Shown piece by piece: positions 1 to 14,665 of a DNA stretch of 64,000 bases. Positions within the stretch are counted from its first letter, which is position 1; each line of letters starts with the position of its first letter. The notes beneath the pieces are model-generated. The model saw only the letters and a list, made by a program, of their open reading frames with translations. It did no database searches and was not told where the DNA came from. A program made the position numbers and the translations under genes. The stretch is from the human T2T-CHM13v2.0 reference genome, Homo sapiens: the NCBI RefSeq assembly GCF_009914755.1, contig NC_060930.1; one strand, given 5' to 3'.

Positions 1-1342
1 AGGTCAGGCTAAATCACGATGTGAACTGTGTGGCCCTATCCCCTTGCTAGTAGATGGCCCGAAATAAGAGGCTCCTTCAGCTTCAGAAGTAAGATCCAGG
101 TTGAGCCCTCCAAATGCAAACACATTTTCTCCCTCGATTTTCCTCTGACTTTGGGGTTTTGTGAGTTGTTTTTTTTTTTCTTCCTTCCTCCCCTGAGAAC
201 ACTTTCAGCTCTGCTCATTGCAGCAGTGAGGCAAACCTCCAAGGCCTTCTTTCTGGTTGGTGACAGGCCAGGTACCTAAACCAGAGGGAGCAGAATCAAT
301 AGAATTGAGCATCTTGACCTGCACATTAAAGGGCCTTTTAGGGTGACTGAGATTGCAATGTCACAGAATTGTAAATGCATGTAAGAAAATTTGGCTACAG
401 AGACTAGCACTTTAAAGATAACACTGTCTTCATGTCAATTAAACAGGGAGAATGACCTATAGGGAAAGTTAAAATTCAGGATTGATATGAATCAAGAGAT
501 TTTAAAGCAAGAGAAGCTTTTTTTACATCCCTGGTACAAGTATTATGGGAAAGTCCACAGAGGAAGAAAGAATATATAGATCAACTCTCATTCATCAAAG
601 CTAACTACTTTAATATCAAAGAATGGGAGAAAGGGAGCTCTCAGGCAAAACAGGGGGTCCCCTCCTCCTGTACCCCCTGCTCCAAGTCATTAGGAAAAAA
701 AAAATGATAGAAAAGAAATGTCTCTGGCCACCGAGGTCTAGACTGCAGCATTTAGATAAAAATATAAATGGCAAAATACTGCTAAATTAATCCAACTTCC
801 TTTGATTATTGATGTCCTACTGTTTTGTGCCTGAAACAACATACAAGATGCATCAGTCATTTATAAATTATTCATTCAGTTATTTTGGCAGCAGTGTCTT
901 TCCATTTATCAACTGATAAATGTACAGAAGATAAGAAGGGTAATTTTATAGCCTCTTGACATTTACCTTTGACATGATTTTCATATTTAATAAGGGAAAA
1001 ACACTAATGAAATACGTTTGACAACACCGTAGGCATCATAGATTAACACCAGCAAAAATAAGCCACAGGCACCTGATCTCCCAGCTTTGGCCAGGAGCTC
1101 CAGAAACTCACCAGCTCCCTTCAGTTTCCTGCTTGACACACTCCCATCTGTGTCTGCAAACAGAAGTAGATATAATGAGAATTTTTGCTTTTGCTTCCTT
1201 GTTTGTTTGGTTCTGAATAGCTCTACTTTGTGACCTAAACAGAAAGAGGCATTGTTTTTATTTTTGGTTTTTGGCAGGGTGGTAGTCTAAACAGTTTTAT
1301 TTTCTAAAATATATCTACCAGGTAGATTGGATAGGTCTATAG

Positions 1343-1594
<252 letters not shown>

Positions 1595-1736
1595 TAATCC
1601 CTTCACTATCTACCCCTCCACCATAATCAGGTCTTATTTGTGCCTTAGTCTCACCAACCTTCTCACCTGGCTTTCCATTCTGCTCCACTTCTCTGACTAG
1701 TATTCTATAACTGTGCTATTGACTCACACCCCACAA

Positions 1737-1760
1737 CACACACACACACACACACACACA
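1737..1760. repeat. (CA)n microsatellite
   Basis: Direct dinucleotide run. Confidence 0.95.
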
Positions 1761-2374
1761 AAACGTACAGAGAGATCTAGAGAGAAGTAAGGTTATCAAG
1801 TGACGCCCTGGGACCTAGACTGTGGGCTGGAACTGTAGCTAGATAGAGTGGGTTGCCAAAGTTGGACTGCTGGCTCTGGTCAATCAGAGGCCAAAAGATA
1901 AGAGTGACAGCAGTTTCTTCATGCACTCTAACCAACTGATATATCTAAATGTTTCCCTTACATCCAAAAGCTTCATCAACAGAATTTTGTAAAAGATCCG
2001 GACATATTATGAGAATAATTTAAATAGATTCCAGGAGTGAGATCAGATAGATAGGCAATTTTCATTTGGCTGTTCCCTAGAAGGACCTACGGATATAAAA
2101 AGTCCCTTTATCTTAGAGTTACTGGGATACCAGGCAGGAAACCAAAGCAGATTCTCAGAAATAAAACCTCAAAGGGGAATTTATCAGGATGACAGCACTA
2201 AAGTACCTGACAATGTTTGGAAGCAGTGATGTTGTACAAAAATTATTTCACTTACGAGACTATAATTTCCTTGAGAAAATGAACCAAGTTACATTTATGT
2301 TAGTGTCCCCATACCCTAGCACAATACCAGGCAATTAATAGGTATTCAATAAAAGTATGATTTTTTTTGCATTA

Positions 2375-2562
2375 TAGTTAACATTTATTGAGGACTTGCC
2401 ATCTGGCAGGTACTATGTTAAAAACTTGGTATACATTATTTCATCAGCCTCATAATACTGTCAATATTAGTTTTCAATACTGTGAAGTATTTAGAGGCTA
2501 GGGAAATAAAATCTAGGGAGGATAGTTTCCTGGGGTCACACAGTAGTAAGTGCCAGAGCTAC

Positions 2563-2595
<33 letters not shown>

Positions 2596-2650
2596 CATAG
2601 ACAATCTAATGCCAGAACCCATGCTCTTGGCTACATTTGTTGCCTCTTGG
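2375..2650 (-). mobile_element. MIR SINE fragment with internal A-run (~2567-2595)
   Basis: MIR-like motifs acatttattgag...gtcacacagtagtaagtgccagagc...ccagaacccatgctctt. Confidence 0.6.
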
Positions 2651-3149
2651 GTTGAACATCTAAGACCAGGACTGTGAAAGGAGGATGCTTGGTCAAAGTA
2701 GGACCACACAAAGCTGGCATCATTTTCATACTAAGTCATTGGGATAGGGTTCATTAAGTTTTTCACATTATTATTATCCCAAGGGTCTAAAGCAGGGACT
2801 TTCTGGAGGCATATACAAATAAAATGCAGAGGGCAAAGCCAGAGCTTGAATTTTATTTTTATAACGGTATGAAACATTTACCCAAACTCCATAAGTAAAA
2901 TGAGAAACAGAAAAGCGACGTTGAACTCTTTCTTTAATAAACCTCTAAGCTATTTTTTTAAAACAAGCACCAACCCACAATGCAAGGAAGACATGCCAAA
3001 TGCAATGACAGTCAGCTTGAGAAAAGATACCCTTTACTGCAGATCTCAAGCAAAGCCAACAGCACACGCTTCTCCAACCCAAGCGACATACTCTGAAAGG
3101 TAAAGCAATGGTCTGTGCTTTTAACTATCTAGGGCTATATACTATATTA

Positions 3150-3656
3150 TTTCTAAACTTAGTGGTTTAACCATCATAATTTAATGTCTCACAGTTTCTG
3201 CAGGTCAGGAATCTGGACATGGCTTAGCTGAGTCCCCTATTCAGGATCACTCATAAGCTATAATCAAGGTGTCAGCCAGGGCAGTAGTCATCTGAAGTCT
3301 CAACTAGGATAGGATCCACTTCCCAGCCCACTCATGTGATTGAGGACTTTAGATTAAAGGCCTCAGTTCCTTGCAGGATATTGAGGCCACTCTCAGTTCC
3401 TTGCCATATGGGCCCCTTCACAGGGCAGCGGAAAATATGGTGGCTTTCTTCATTACAGTAAGGAAGAAAACAACAACAACAATGAAAAAAAGTGGGAACT
3501 AGATGGAAGTGACAGTTTTTAAATAATCTAATCTTCAAGTGGCATCCATTTATCTATTTTTCTTGGAGGCAAGTCACTAAGTCCAGCCCACGGTCAAGAA
3601 GGGATTATACAAGGATGCAAATATCAGGAGGTGAGGATAAGTGGGGCCATCTTAAG
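3150..3656 (-). mobile_element. MaLR LTR, MLT1F-like
   Basis: Motifs tctcacagtttctgcaggtcaggaatctgg, ggcctcagttccttgcc and gtccagcccac...ggggccatctta. Confidence 0.7.
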
Positions 3657-3822
3657 TCGTTCATTTATCTCATCTTACTTAAAACTAAAGGAACAGGTGC
3701 GTGGACTGGCAGTGGGAAATTCCTTGAGCCAGTTAGAACAGAGTCATGAAAAACACAGAATATGGGAATGAGCAGAGAATCTATCAAGTTATATCTGCAG
3801 AATGCATTCTGTGTTTGGCAAA

Positions 3823-4297
3823 TGTGACAAATTGTGTTAATGGCCCAATTCTGCACCCTTGTATCCATGCTCTTCTTCATGCAACTTTTCAGTTACTCTC
3901 ACTAAAAAGGTACAGGTCTTTTCCTCGCCTTTGGGATCTTGGCTCAGCTAAGTCATTTGCTTTAATGATGTGCCAGTTCCAAGACGAATTCTCAAGAGTC
4001 CTGTGTATTTCTCCTTACTCTCTTGCACCTCTGTCATTGCTATGAGAAGGATAAAACTAGGGCCAATATGCTGGTCTCAGGGGATAAATGAAAGCTATGT
4101 AGAGCAAAACCACTCCCAGCCTAGGCCAGCCTAAATCAGCCAACCACCACCAGCTGTAGACTTAGGAATGAGCCAACTTGAAAGTTAACCAACTTATGAA
4201 TGTGACCAACATGATCACAATAACTAATAAAAGTTTGTTGTTTTTAAGCCACTAAATTTTGAGATGGTGTGCTATGCTGGAATAAGCAACTCATACA
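3823..4297 (+). mobile_element. MaLR LTR, MLT1H-like
   Basis: TG...CA ends; aatggcccaattc start; ttttaagccactaaattttg...taagcaactcataca 3' motif. Confidence 0.65.
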
Positions 4298-4800
4298 GTA
4301 TGGGAAAAGAAGGAATATCTGCATTAGGGTCATTCTTTTACTAATAATCTCAGCTGGCTTGGAAGAAGTAAATCAAAAGATCTGAAGGAATGACCTGTCA
4401 AAGCCATAAGAACTTCTGCAAGGCTAAAACATAGTTTTGCCTTTTTTGGAAGATTAGCCTCCTAAAAATACCTGGTCCAGAGAAAATGTGCTTTGTTCTG
4501 AGAAAAATGAAAGTCTTTAGTAAAATGAATTAGTGTAAAAATCCCAAAAATATGACATAAAAAAGAAAGAAAAAAATGCAAGTGAAATGGCATATCCCCC
4601 CAAAATATTGGCATAAAGCCACTGAAAGCAAGAACAAATATATAAGTACGAATTTTGAAAATGTAACAAATCCATTGCCCCTGCAAACAAGAGCTCAAGT
4701 AATATGCAACGATCAGAGAATATACAGGGGACTAACATAATTAGTCAAACCATGAGCTTGAAGAGCTAAGGGAAGAAGTCAGACAAAAAAGGTAGTGGAG

Positions 4801-5684
4801 CTCCTCCCGCCACCCAAGATGCCTAAAGGAAAGAAGGCCAAGGGGAAGAAGGTGGCTGCGGCCCCTGCTGTCATGAAGAAGCAGGAGGTCAAGCAAGTGG
4901 TGAATCCCCTGTTTGAGGAAAGGCCTAAGAATTTTGGCATTGGACAGGACATCCAGCCCAAAAGAGACCTCACCCACTTTGTGAAATGACCCTGCTATAT
5001 CAGGTTGCAGCGGCAGAGAGCCATCCTCTATAGGCAGCTGAAAGTGCCTCCTGTGATTAACCAGTTCACCCAAGCCCTGGACCACCAAACAGCTACTTAG
5101 CTGCTTAAGCTGGCCTACACATGCAAAACAGAGACAAAGCAAGAGAAGAAGCAGAGGCTGTTGGCCTGGGCTGAGAAGAAAGCTGCTGGCAAAGGGGATG
5201 TCCCCACTAAGAGACCACCTGTCCTTCGAGCAGGAGTTAACACCATCACCACCTTGGTGGAGAATAAGAAAGCTCAGCTGGTGGTGATTGCACACAACGT
5301 GCATCCCACTGAGCTGGTGGGCTTCTTGCCTGCCCTGTGTTGTAAAATGCGGGTCCCTTACTGCATTATTAAGGGGAAGGCAAGACTGGGACATCTAGTC
5401 CACAGGAAGACCTGCACCACTGTCACCTTCACACAGGTTAACTCGGAAGACAAAGGCGCTTTGGCTAAACTGGTGGAAGCTATCAGGACCAATTATGATG
5501 ACAGATACGATGAGATCCACTGTCACTGGGGAGGCAATGTCCTGGGTCACAAGTCTGTGGCTCATGTCACCAAGCTCGAAAAGGCAAAGGCTAGAGAACT
5601 TGCCACTAAACTGGGTTAAATGTACACTGCTGAGTTTTCTGTACTTAAAAATAATTAAAATAATACAAATTTTCCTTCAAAAAA
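4801..5684 (+). pseudogene. RPL7AP: Processed pseudogene of ribosomal protein L7a (eL8)
   Basis: Intronless [13 protein letters not shown]...ELATKLG; ATG at 4819 and TAA at 5617-5619 (267 codons, frame preserved); premature TGA at 4987 and TAG at 5098; UTRs present; TSD aaaaaaggtagtggag (4785-4800) / aaaaacggtggtggag (5680-5695). Confidence 0.97.
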
Positions 5685-6026
5685 CGGTGGTGGAGAAATG
5701 AAGTTTACACTACAAGTAATATAAAAGAGAACCAATGATACTGAAAGTATAATGGGCACATGGATGACAGGAATGAGGAAAAGCAAACAAAATGAGATGG
5801 GACTAAACAGGCTTAAAATGTTAAAGAGAAAATGATTGGCAAGTAAGACAGATGCAGAAAACATAATAGCTGTATAATGTTTGTCCCTGTAGAAGTAAAA
5901 TAATAAAACAGAAAAAATAAAGATATAATTCAAGAAAAGTTGCCAAAATTATAAAAGATTTGAATTTATAGAAAAAAGGACACACTACATCAAAGGAAAA
6001 ATTATTATAGAAAAATCAAAATATTG

Positions 6027-6458
<432 letters not shown>

Positions 6459-6801
6459 TCAGAAAAATCAACGCCAGAAGACAGAGGAGCAGTGCCTGCG
6501 AGACCCTCTAGGAAAGAACACGTGACTGAGGTTTAAACCCAGACAGACTGTTATTTACCAATCACTTTTTCAGATACAACAAGATTTTAAATCTCAGTAG
6601 CTTTATTAAGAAACTATCAGAAAAGTAACTTCAGACAACCAAGAAAGAAATGGAGTCACTATGGCTAAAGGACTGGCACGGAGGGTTTTAAACGATGGAG
6701 CTGTGTGACCAAAACTTGAACGAATATGAGACTTGTAAATTAAAGAATAGACTTTTATAACTTTCAACTCTGACAATGTAGAAATTATATTTTTAAATAA
6801 T

Positions 6802-6961
6802 TTTTTCTTTTTCTTTTTTTTTTTTTAAGAAACGTGGTCTCACTTTGTTGCCCAGGTTGGTCTCAAACCTCTGAGGTCAACCAATCCCCCACCGTGGCCT
6901 CCAAAAATGCCAAGTGAGCCGCTTCACCTCCCAAAATGCTGGTGAGCCACTGTGCCCAGCC
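6802..6961 (-). mobile_element. FLAM/Alu left-monomer fragment
   Basis: Poly-T then tgttgcccaggttggtctcaaac...gtgagccactgtgcccagcc. Confidence 0.8.
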
Positions 6962-8999
6962 AGTATGATTTTTTTTAAGTTGAGATGGGAGGAAAAAAAG
7001 TAAAAAGGAATATAGTTTTGCTTATTTCTTCTTAAAAAATTGTTTTAATAGCCTGGGGTCAAATGAGGCAATTTAAACCTGACATATCAAATAACAAAGC
7101 AATAACTGCACTTAGAGATATAAATATAATTTTTTAAATAATATAAACAATTAAAATTGGATGATAGGAGGAAGTATGTAAGACAAACAAATTAATTTTC
7201 AATTGCTTGTATTAGAGAGTTGATAGATACTCTCTTGAAGAACAGAAGATTAAGTGTATTATATAATGTTATAGTTATTAAATAATCACTAGGATAAAAA
7301 TTAAAACTTTTAAAATTATTATAAGAAGCAAAGAAAGCAGAGCATGAGATGAAATAATTAAAAAGAAACAATAACAGATAGCTTGGCATACTATATAAGA
7401 GAATTTAGAAATAAAACTCACTAGAAAACAAACCATCATCTGAAATATTAAAACTCTCTAGTAAACAACTCAGAAAAGAATAAGATCAAACCCGAAATTA
7501 TGGAATATTTAGAAAATGATGGAAATGAAGCATTACATATCACCTAAGAGATATTGTCCAATCATGCTTAATGCAGAAACATTAGATGCAGTCTTACTAA
7601 AGACAGGAACAAGACACACATGTCCTCATCATCACTGTTAGTCCACATTGTTCTGAAAGTACTAGCCACTGCGTTTATTATTTAAAGACAATATTTACCT
7701 CTAAACACATAGGAGAAACAATTGAAAAACCACAATGACAAAAAAATTTAGGAAGGTGCCTCCAGTACAAAATCATTCTCCTTCCTATATAAAAACAAAC
7801 AACCAATAAGAATATGAACTGAAGGGGGAAGAAACATTTATTATAGCAATAAAAGAATAAAATACATAGGAACAATAGACTTTTTTCACCAATAAAAAAT
7901 TAGCATAAGAAGAAAACTTTTAAATGCTATTGAGGGACATGGAAGAACATTTAAATAAAGAAGCTTGTTTTAGGATAGCAGCAGCCAACACCAAAAATAT
8001 ATTTGTTCTTCCTGACATAATAAATTAAACACAATCTTCATAAAAATTCCAGAAAATTGTATTTGTGGAAAAAATTTGAAGAAAATATGTTTTAAATTTA
8101 AATAAAAAGAAAAATGGGAATTTTTGAGGCAAATTCTGTGAATGAAGAATAATAAAGGGGTGATCAAGTCTAACTTAAATTTCAATAGGCTATAATAATT
8201 CAAGTGGATAAATATTGCAAACAGGATAAAAAGCTCAGAAGTGGATCCAATATACACAAAAGTTGGCATTCCAAACTTATAAGCAGACAATAAATAATTC
8301 AGAAAATAGTTTGTGAACAACCGGAAACCCTGTGGAAAGAACGGAGTTGGGAAAATAGCTATCTCCCAACTTATATCAAAATAAATTCCAAATGGACAGA
8401 GGTTTAAACCGTACAATATAAAACCATCAACCTAAGAGCAAGGTTTTATAATAATGGACTAGGGAAGGTCCCTCTAAATATGACCTAAAATTCAAAAGCA
8501 ATAGAACATTCATTGAAATGTATAAAAATAAAACTTTCCTGACTGGAAATAAGCCCTGTAACAAAATCAAAAGACAAATTACAAAACTGGGGGTGAAGGA
8601 GGAGTAGGGAATGCAATTAATATCACAAACACAGGCCGATGGCTATAATAAATAAACAGTTCTGACATATCCATAAAAGAAACAGAAAAACTAAGCAAAA
8701 AGATACATATTCACAAACATACATATATTGTACATATTTACATATATGTATATGAGTGTGTATGCACAAAAACACACATATACATATGGGAGTTTCACAG
8801 AAAAAGGAACTAAAAAGGTCTTTTAGTCACATGGAAAGATGTTCAACTTCATTCATAATAAGAAATAAAAATTAGAACTTAACTAAAAGAACTTAATTTG
8901 TTTAACCTATGAGATTAGCAAAGTTAGATAGAGTTTGATAATAGTGTGTTATCCTATGTACACAGAGGTACTTTCCTAGAAAAGTAAGTGAAAAAATTG

Positions 9000-9425
9000 T
9001 CCAACCACCATACTAAACACCCTGATTTGATCATCAGACATTATATGTACTACAGCATCACTATGTACCCTATAAACATGTACAGTTATTATGTGTCAAT
9101 CAAAACATTAAAAATGTTTTTAAAATTTTTAAAGCACGGATTACTTATGCTATTATCTTACATTAGTTTGGGCTACTTTTAAGCTTCATAGAAATGGAAT
9201 CTTGCAGTTCCTACACTCTTGTCACCAGCTTCTTTTACTTATCACATTGACTGTGATTTATCCGTGTCACTTTATATAATGGGTTTTGTTCTTTTCATTC
9301 CATGATGTGAATCTACCACAATTTATCCAGTCAACGGTGAGTGGACTTTTCAGTTGTTTCCAGTTTGAAGCTGTGAGGAATAATGCTACTGTAAATAGTC
9401 TTGCACAAGTCTTTTGGTGCACTAC
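9000..9425. mobile_element. L1MA 3' tip (+, ~9000-9125) and L1ME-like fragment (-, ~9140-9425)
   Basis: ctatgtaccctataaacatgtacagttattatgtgtcaat; ccacaatttatccagtcaac...ttgtttccagttt. Confidence 0.6.
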
Positions 9426-9937
9426 ATGGTGATGGTTAAGCCAGAGACAGCTAAAGAGTTGTGGAGATAGCTGGGTAGACTACAGATATTAAGAAGGGTG
9501 AAGGTAAATAGCCCTAAATTATACCCAAATGCTCTTCATTGCTCAAATATAATAACAATAGCAATAAGTCCAAAAAGTGTTACCCTCAATGGTATGTATC
9601 ACTTTCAGCCTTGGTTTCATAAAATAGCACATAGTTTTTTAACAAGCATAAGCTAAAAAAAAATGTGCCACTTAATTAGCTTCACAAATGGCTGCCTTGC
9701 TGTTTTCTACTTATTTTAGGGTGGATTTGATCTGTATGTATTCAATCCTGAACTTCAGCAATATAAATGACCATGCTTGCCCTTATCCACCTTCTTACAA
9801 TATGTGACTGAGAGGGACATACCAAGATCGAGGACTAAGGATTTCTTAGGAATGTGAATTCACAGACTGGAAGGCAGAGGGCAAAAATCATCTTAAATCT
9901 TTGTTTAAAATACTTTCATTTTAAAATGCTACTCTAA

Positions 9938-10242
<305 letters not shown>

Positions 10243-10794
10243 TAAACTGTATTTTTTTTATAATAACATAAGCTTTAAACTAAGACTGATCTGCAGAGGT
10301 CTTAACATAAAGGTGTTTGTTTCTGAAGAAAACTTTGCTTCTGAAAAAGTTATTGTATGACATTTCCAATGCAAATAATACCTAGACGCAGAAAACAGCT
10401 GCAAAAAATGTCATATATTTAATTTCTTAAATAGCATTTAAAGGAAGAAAAGCAAAGTATTATCACATTCTGATTTGAGAAAAGTAATTGCATGGGTATC
10501 AATACTGGAGAGTAGCAGTACCCCATTAGTGCCCGTAATTTTTATTTCTTGATTCTGCTGTAGGAATGTATTTTGTAGGTAAGCTAGACACCAGAAAGAC
10601 TTGTCATACTGTGGAAAGTGGGAAGTACTGAGAAAATAAATAGTCAAAGTGCTTAGAAACTGCTACTGGGACAAGAAAAATGCACAGGAGTTTCCAGCGA
10701 TCAGAGAAAGCCAGAGGGTATTTGGATGGATAATGCCCCAACATGATGTAGGTAGAAGTGTTTAAATTTAAGGTAAAGAATTGAGGTAAGTAAA

Positions 10795-11137
<343 letters not shown>

Positions 11138-11399
11138 TCAAACCAGGATTGGCTTAAGTTAAGGTTTCCTGAGAAAGACACCAAGTCGTGTTTATTTTTT
11201 TGAAATTTCCCTGTACATGTGTCACTTCAAATCACATTTGGTGATATTGGTCATTTAGCTCTTGGAGAGAAACTCATTGTATAGTGGAAAGAGAAAGAAA
11301 GAACTGACAAACTTCACTAAAAAACAACTTTATAGCTGAAGGAAGGTGATTAAACGTTCCTGAGCCTCAATTTTCCAATCTATAAAATGAGAATAAATG

Positions 11400-11563
<164 letters not shown>

Positions 11564-11620
11564 TGGAGTTGCTTTGAAGATTCTAAAACTGAGTATATAA
11601 AAGTCACAGTAAGTATTTCC

Positions 11621-11936
<316 letters not shown>

Positions 11937-13598
11937 TCCTTCTTTTATTTAATAAAGTTATCTTATTGACCTCTTAAAATATAGAACAAGAAGGAAGGCA
12001 CTTTCAGGGCTCTGTTTTCTGTCTTTCTCTCCTTTCCTGCTCCGTCTCTCTTCCCTGGTAGGTAAGTTGAAGTGTCCAGGTGCCTACTGCTATCATATGA
12101 CAGCTGCCTTAATTATAACTTTGGTTTTTGAGTGCGAAACAAATACCGTGAAAGCTGGCTCAGAAACAAAATTTTAAAAATGACAGTGGGAGCAAAAACT
12201 ATTCTAGCACTTCCTGGTGAATACACACTGTTTAGAAAGGGGTTACACTTGAAGGAACAATGGTGTGTGTCTATACCAGGTACTCAGCATCGAAGGGTAA
12301 GATCAAATTACGTAAAAACATACAAAATAACTCTCCTTAAATGAGAAAAGTCTGTATGTGTGTGTTTCACCTATGAAGTCAATGAGTTTAAAAATTAAGA
12401 CCTACTTCTTAGATAATAAATTTTAGCCTTTAAAAATGGCCTCCTCCCACCTAAATGAACTGTAGTATATAATCACATTTTCTGATCTTAAACGTATGGA
12501 AACGATACAGTTTTTAAGAAATCCTTATTTAAATGGATTGTTCTTTTCCCTAAGCATGATGTCAGTCAAATGAAAGAAGAAAATCTCCATCTTCCTAATT
12601 GTTACCACCCAAACTTAGTAAGGTGGTCCTGAATTTGAGTCACAATGCTTTAGACTTTTCTTGACATCTAATTTGTATTGTACCAAATAAATTAAATCTA
12701 AGTGCATTAAGATATCACCCAACTATTTAAATAGGTTCATTTACAAAGGGCTTCTTTTTGATTCCAAACCAAATTTATCAAATTCTCCCTGGTATCTGTA
12801 CCTTATCATAGTTTCTCTATTTCTCCTCTTGGGGCCACCAGCCTCTCAGTTACCTAGGATTCCCTTGATTCTTCCCTTTTTCTTGCATTATAGGAGCAAT
12901 GAGCTACCAAGTCAAACAGCTGTACCAATGAAAGAGGTCTACGTCCAACTGCACCGCTTTCTTCTCACTACCACAGGAATACATTAGACTTGCATCACCT
13001 TCTGGCTTGTACCATTTAAAATAGTTTTTTTTCACCAGGAGTTCTGCCTCAAGTCTTTTGCCGACTCCAAGTCATCCCATCATCTCTAGATTATAACCCC
13101 TAAAGTGTAATACTGAATTAATGGCTCCCTTACACTCATTCACTCAAAACACCTTCGTGACACCAACTGGACTCCTCAAGACACTTTAATGGCACCTAAA
13201 CAAGTATTTAAGGTCCACAATCAGCCAACTTAATTCTACATTTTCCGACTTTTCTCCATACCGTGCTGCCCTTTTCTTAACCCAGTGTTGAGTCAAACTA
13301 ACTGCCCCACATGGGGAACCTATGTGGTACCTTCCCTCCTTCTTCTGCCCTTACTGCTTCTTTCATTTCCACCTTCCTTTCCACCTTTCCTCACCAGTTG
13401 AAATCCTCATGATGCTTCAAAATTAATATTGTGAAGGATTGCCTGTTCGCTGGAGTTAGAAATAACTTTGCCTTCCTTTGAGCTTTCATAGCACACTGAA
13501 TTTCTCTTTTCAGATTCACTCATTCATTACAGTTATTTATGTACATATCTATATTTTCCTATTATACATAGGTATGCTCCTCAGAGTCAACATATGCC

Positions 13599-14665
13599 CA
13601 CCAGGAGATAATTCTCCATTAGTTTTATGCTTCTGCATATCTTCCAAGCAGAGGTTCTGGCTGCATTGGTTTCAGACTATCTTTTCAAGGATGTTTACAG
13701 AGCAAACAATCTTGGAAAACAGAGGTAATGTCTCCCTTCAGAGCAAAGGCAGGTCTGCTTATGGTTCACAGCAACAAAGATTATACCTTCCTTCAGGGCA
13801 TAGGTCAGGCATGCTTACTGATTCTAATAAAACATCTAGTCTGTCTAAGCTCAGAGTTCCTTCCCCAAAGCACACCCTACTCCATGTGCAGATACCATCT
13901 AGCCCTCTTCACATCACACTTTGAGAAATGGCACTCAGGAAATCAGCACAAATGCAGATACTCTGGGTTTTGCTTCTGTAAATAATAAAGTCTTTTGTCT
14001 CTGATCCAGGAGTCTCATGTCTTCTGCCAGCACTCCTGAAACTGTGATAGAGAGACTCTAAAGAGGCCCCATGATTCCCACCTCCTGATATTCACGCCCT
14101 GGGTGACTAGCCTCCTGTTGAGTCTGAAAAGGAACTGTGACTTGTTTCTATCAGACAGCATATAGCAAAGGTTGTAGGATGTATGTGACTACATCTACAT
14201 GATTGCATTATAGATCACTGTAACATCTGCCTTGCGAGGAGATTCTTTTTCCCCTTACTGGCCCTAAGGAAGCAAGTGGCTATGTTGGGAAGGCCAATGT
14301 GGCAAAGACCTTAAAGCAGTTTTTAGCCAAGAGCCATCAACAAACTGAAGCCCCAGTACACAGCCTGCAAAAAAAACTAAATTCTTCCAGCAAGTACGTG
14401 CACTTGGAAGCAGATCCTTTTCTAGTCAAGCCATAGATAAGAACCCAGTCCTGGCTAACATCTTGATTGCAGCCTTATTGAGGACCCAGCTAAGCCATGC
14501 TTGAATTCCTGACTTACAGAAACTATGAAATAATCGATGGGTATTATTTAAGCTGCTAAATGTTTCATAACATAGTTACTAAACAATACATAATTAATAC
14601 AGAGGCAAACTTGGTAATTTTTTTGCAAGTAGGGTGAAATCTCAGACCCTTGATAGTTCTTAGCA
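13599..14665 (+). mobile_element. 5' LTR of class III ERV (LTR40-like), interrupted by an MLT1E
   Basis: Aligns with 23538-23985 (51/63 identity over 13984-14046 vs 23865-23927); ends ...gttcttagca, followed by PBS-like tggcagc. Confidence 0.8.
14043..14601 (+). mobile_element. MaLR LTR, MLT1E-like, nested in the ERV 5' LTR
   Basis: ggccccatgattcccacctcctg start motif; ttttaagctgctaa...taataca end motif. Confidence 0.75.

Noticed and set aside
2567-2595. Isolated ~29-nt poly-A as a possible orphan retro-insertion
   Set aside because: No TSD; consistent with expansion of an A-run inside a MIR
4741-5394. 217-aa minus-strand ORF, the longest in the track
   Set aside because: Antisense shadow of the RPL7A retrocopy, with no independent coding signal
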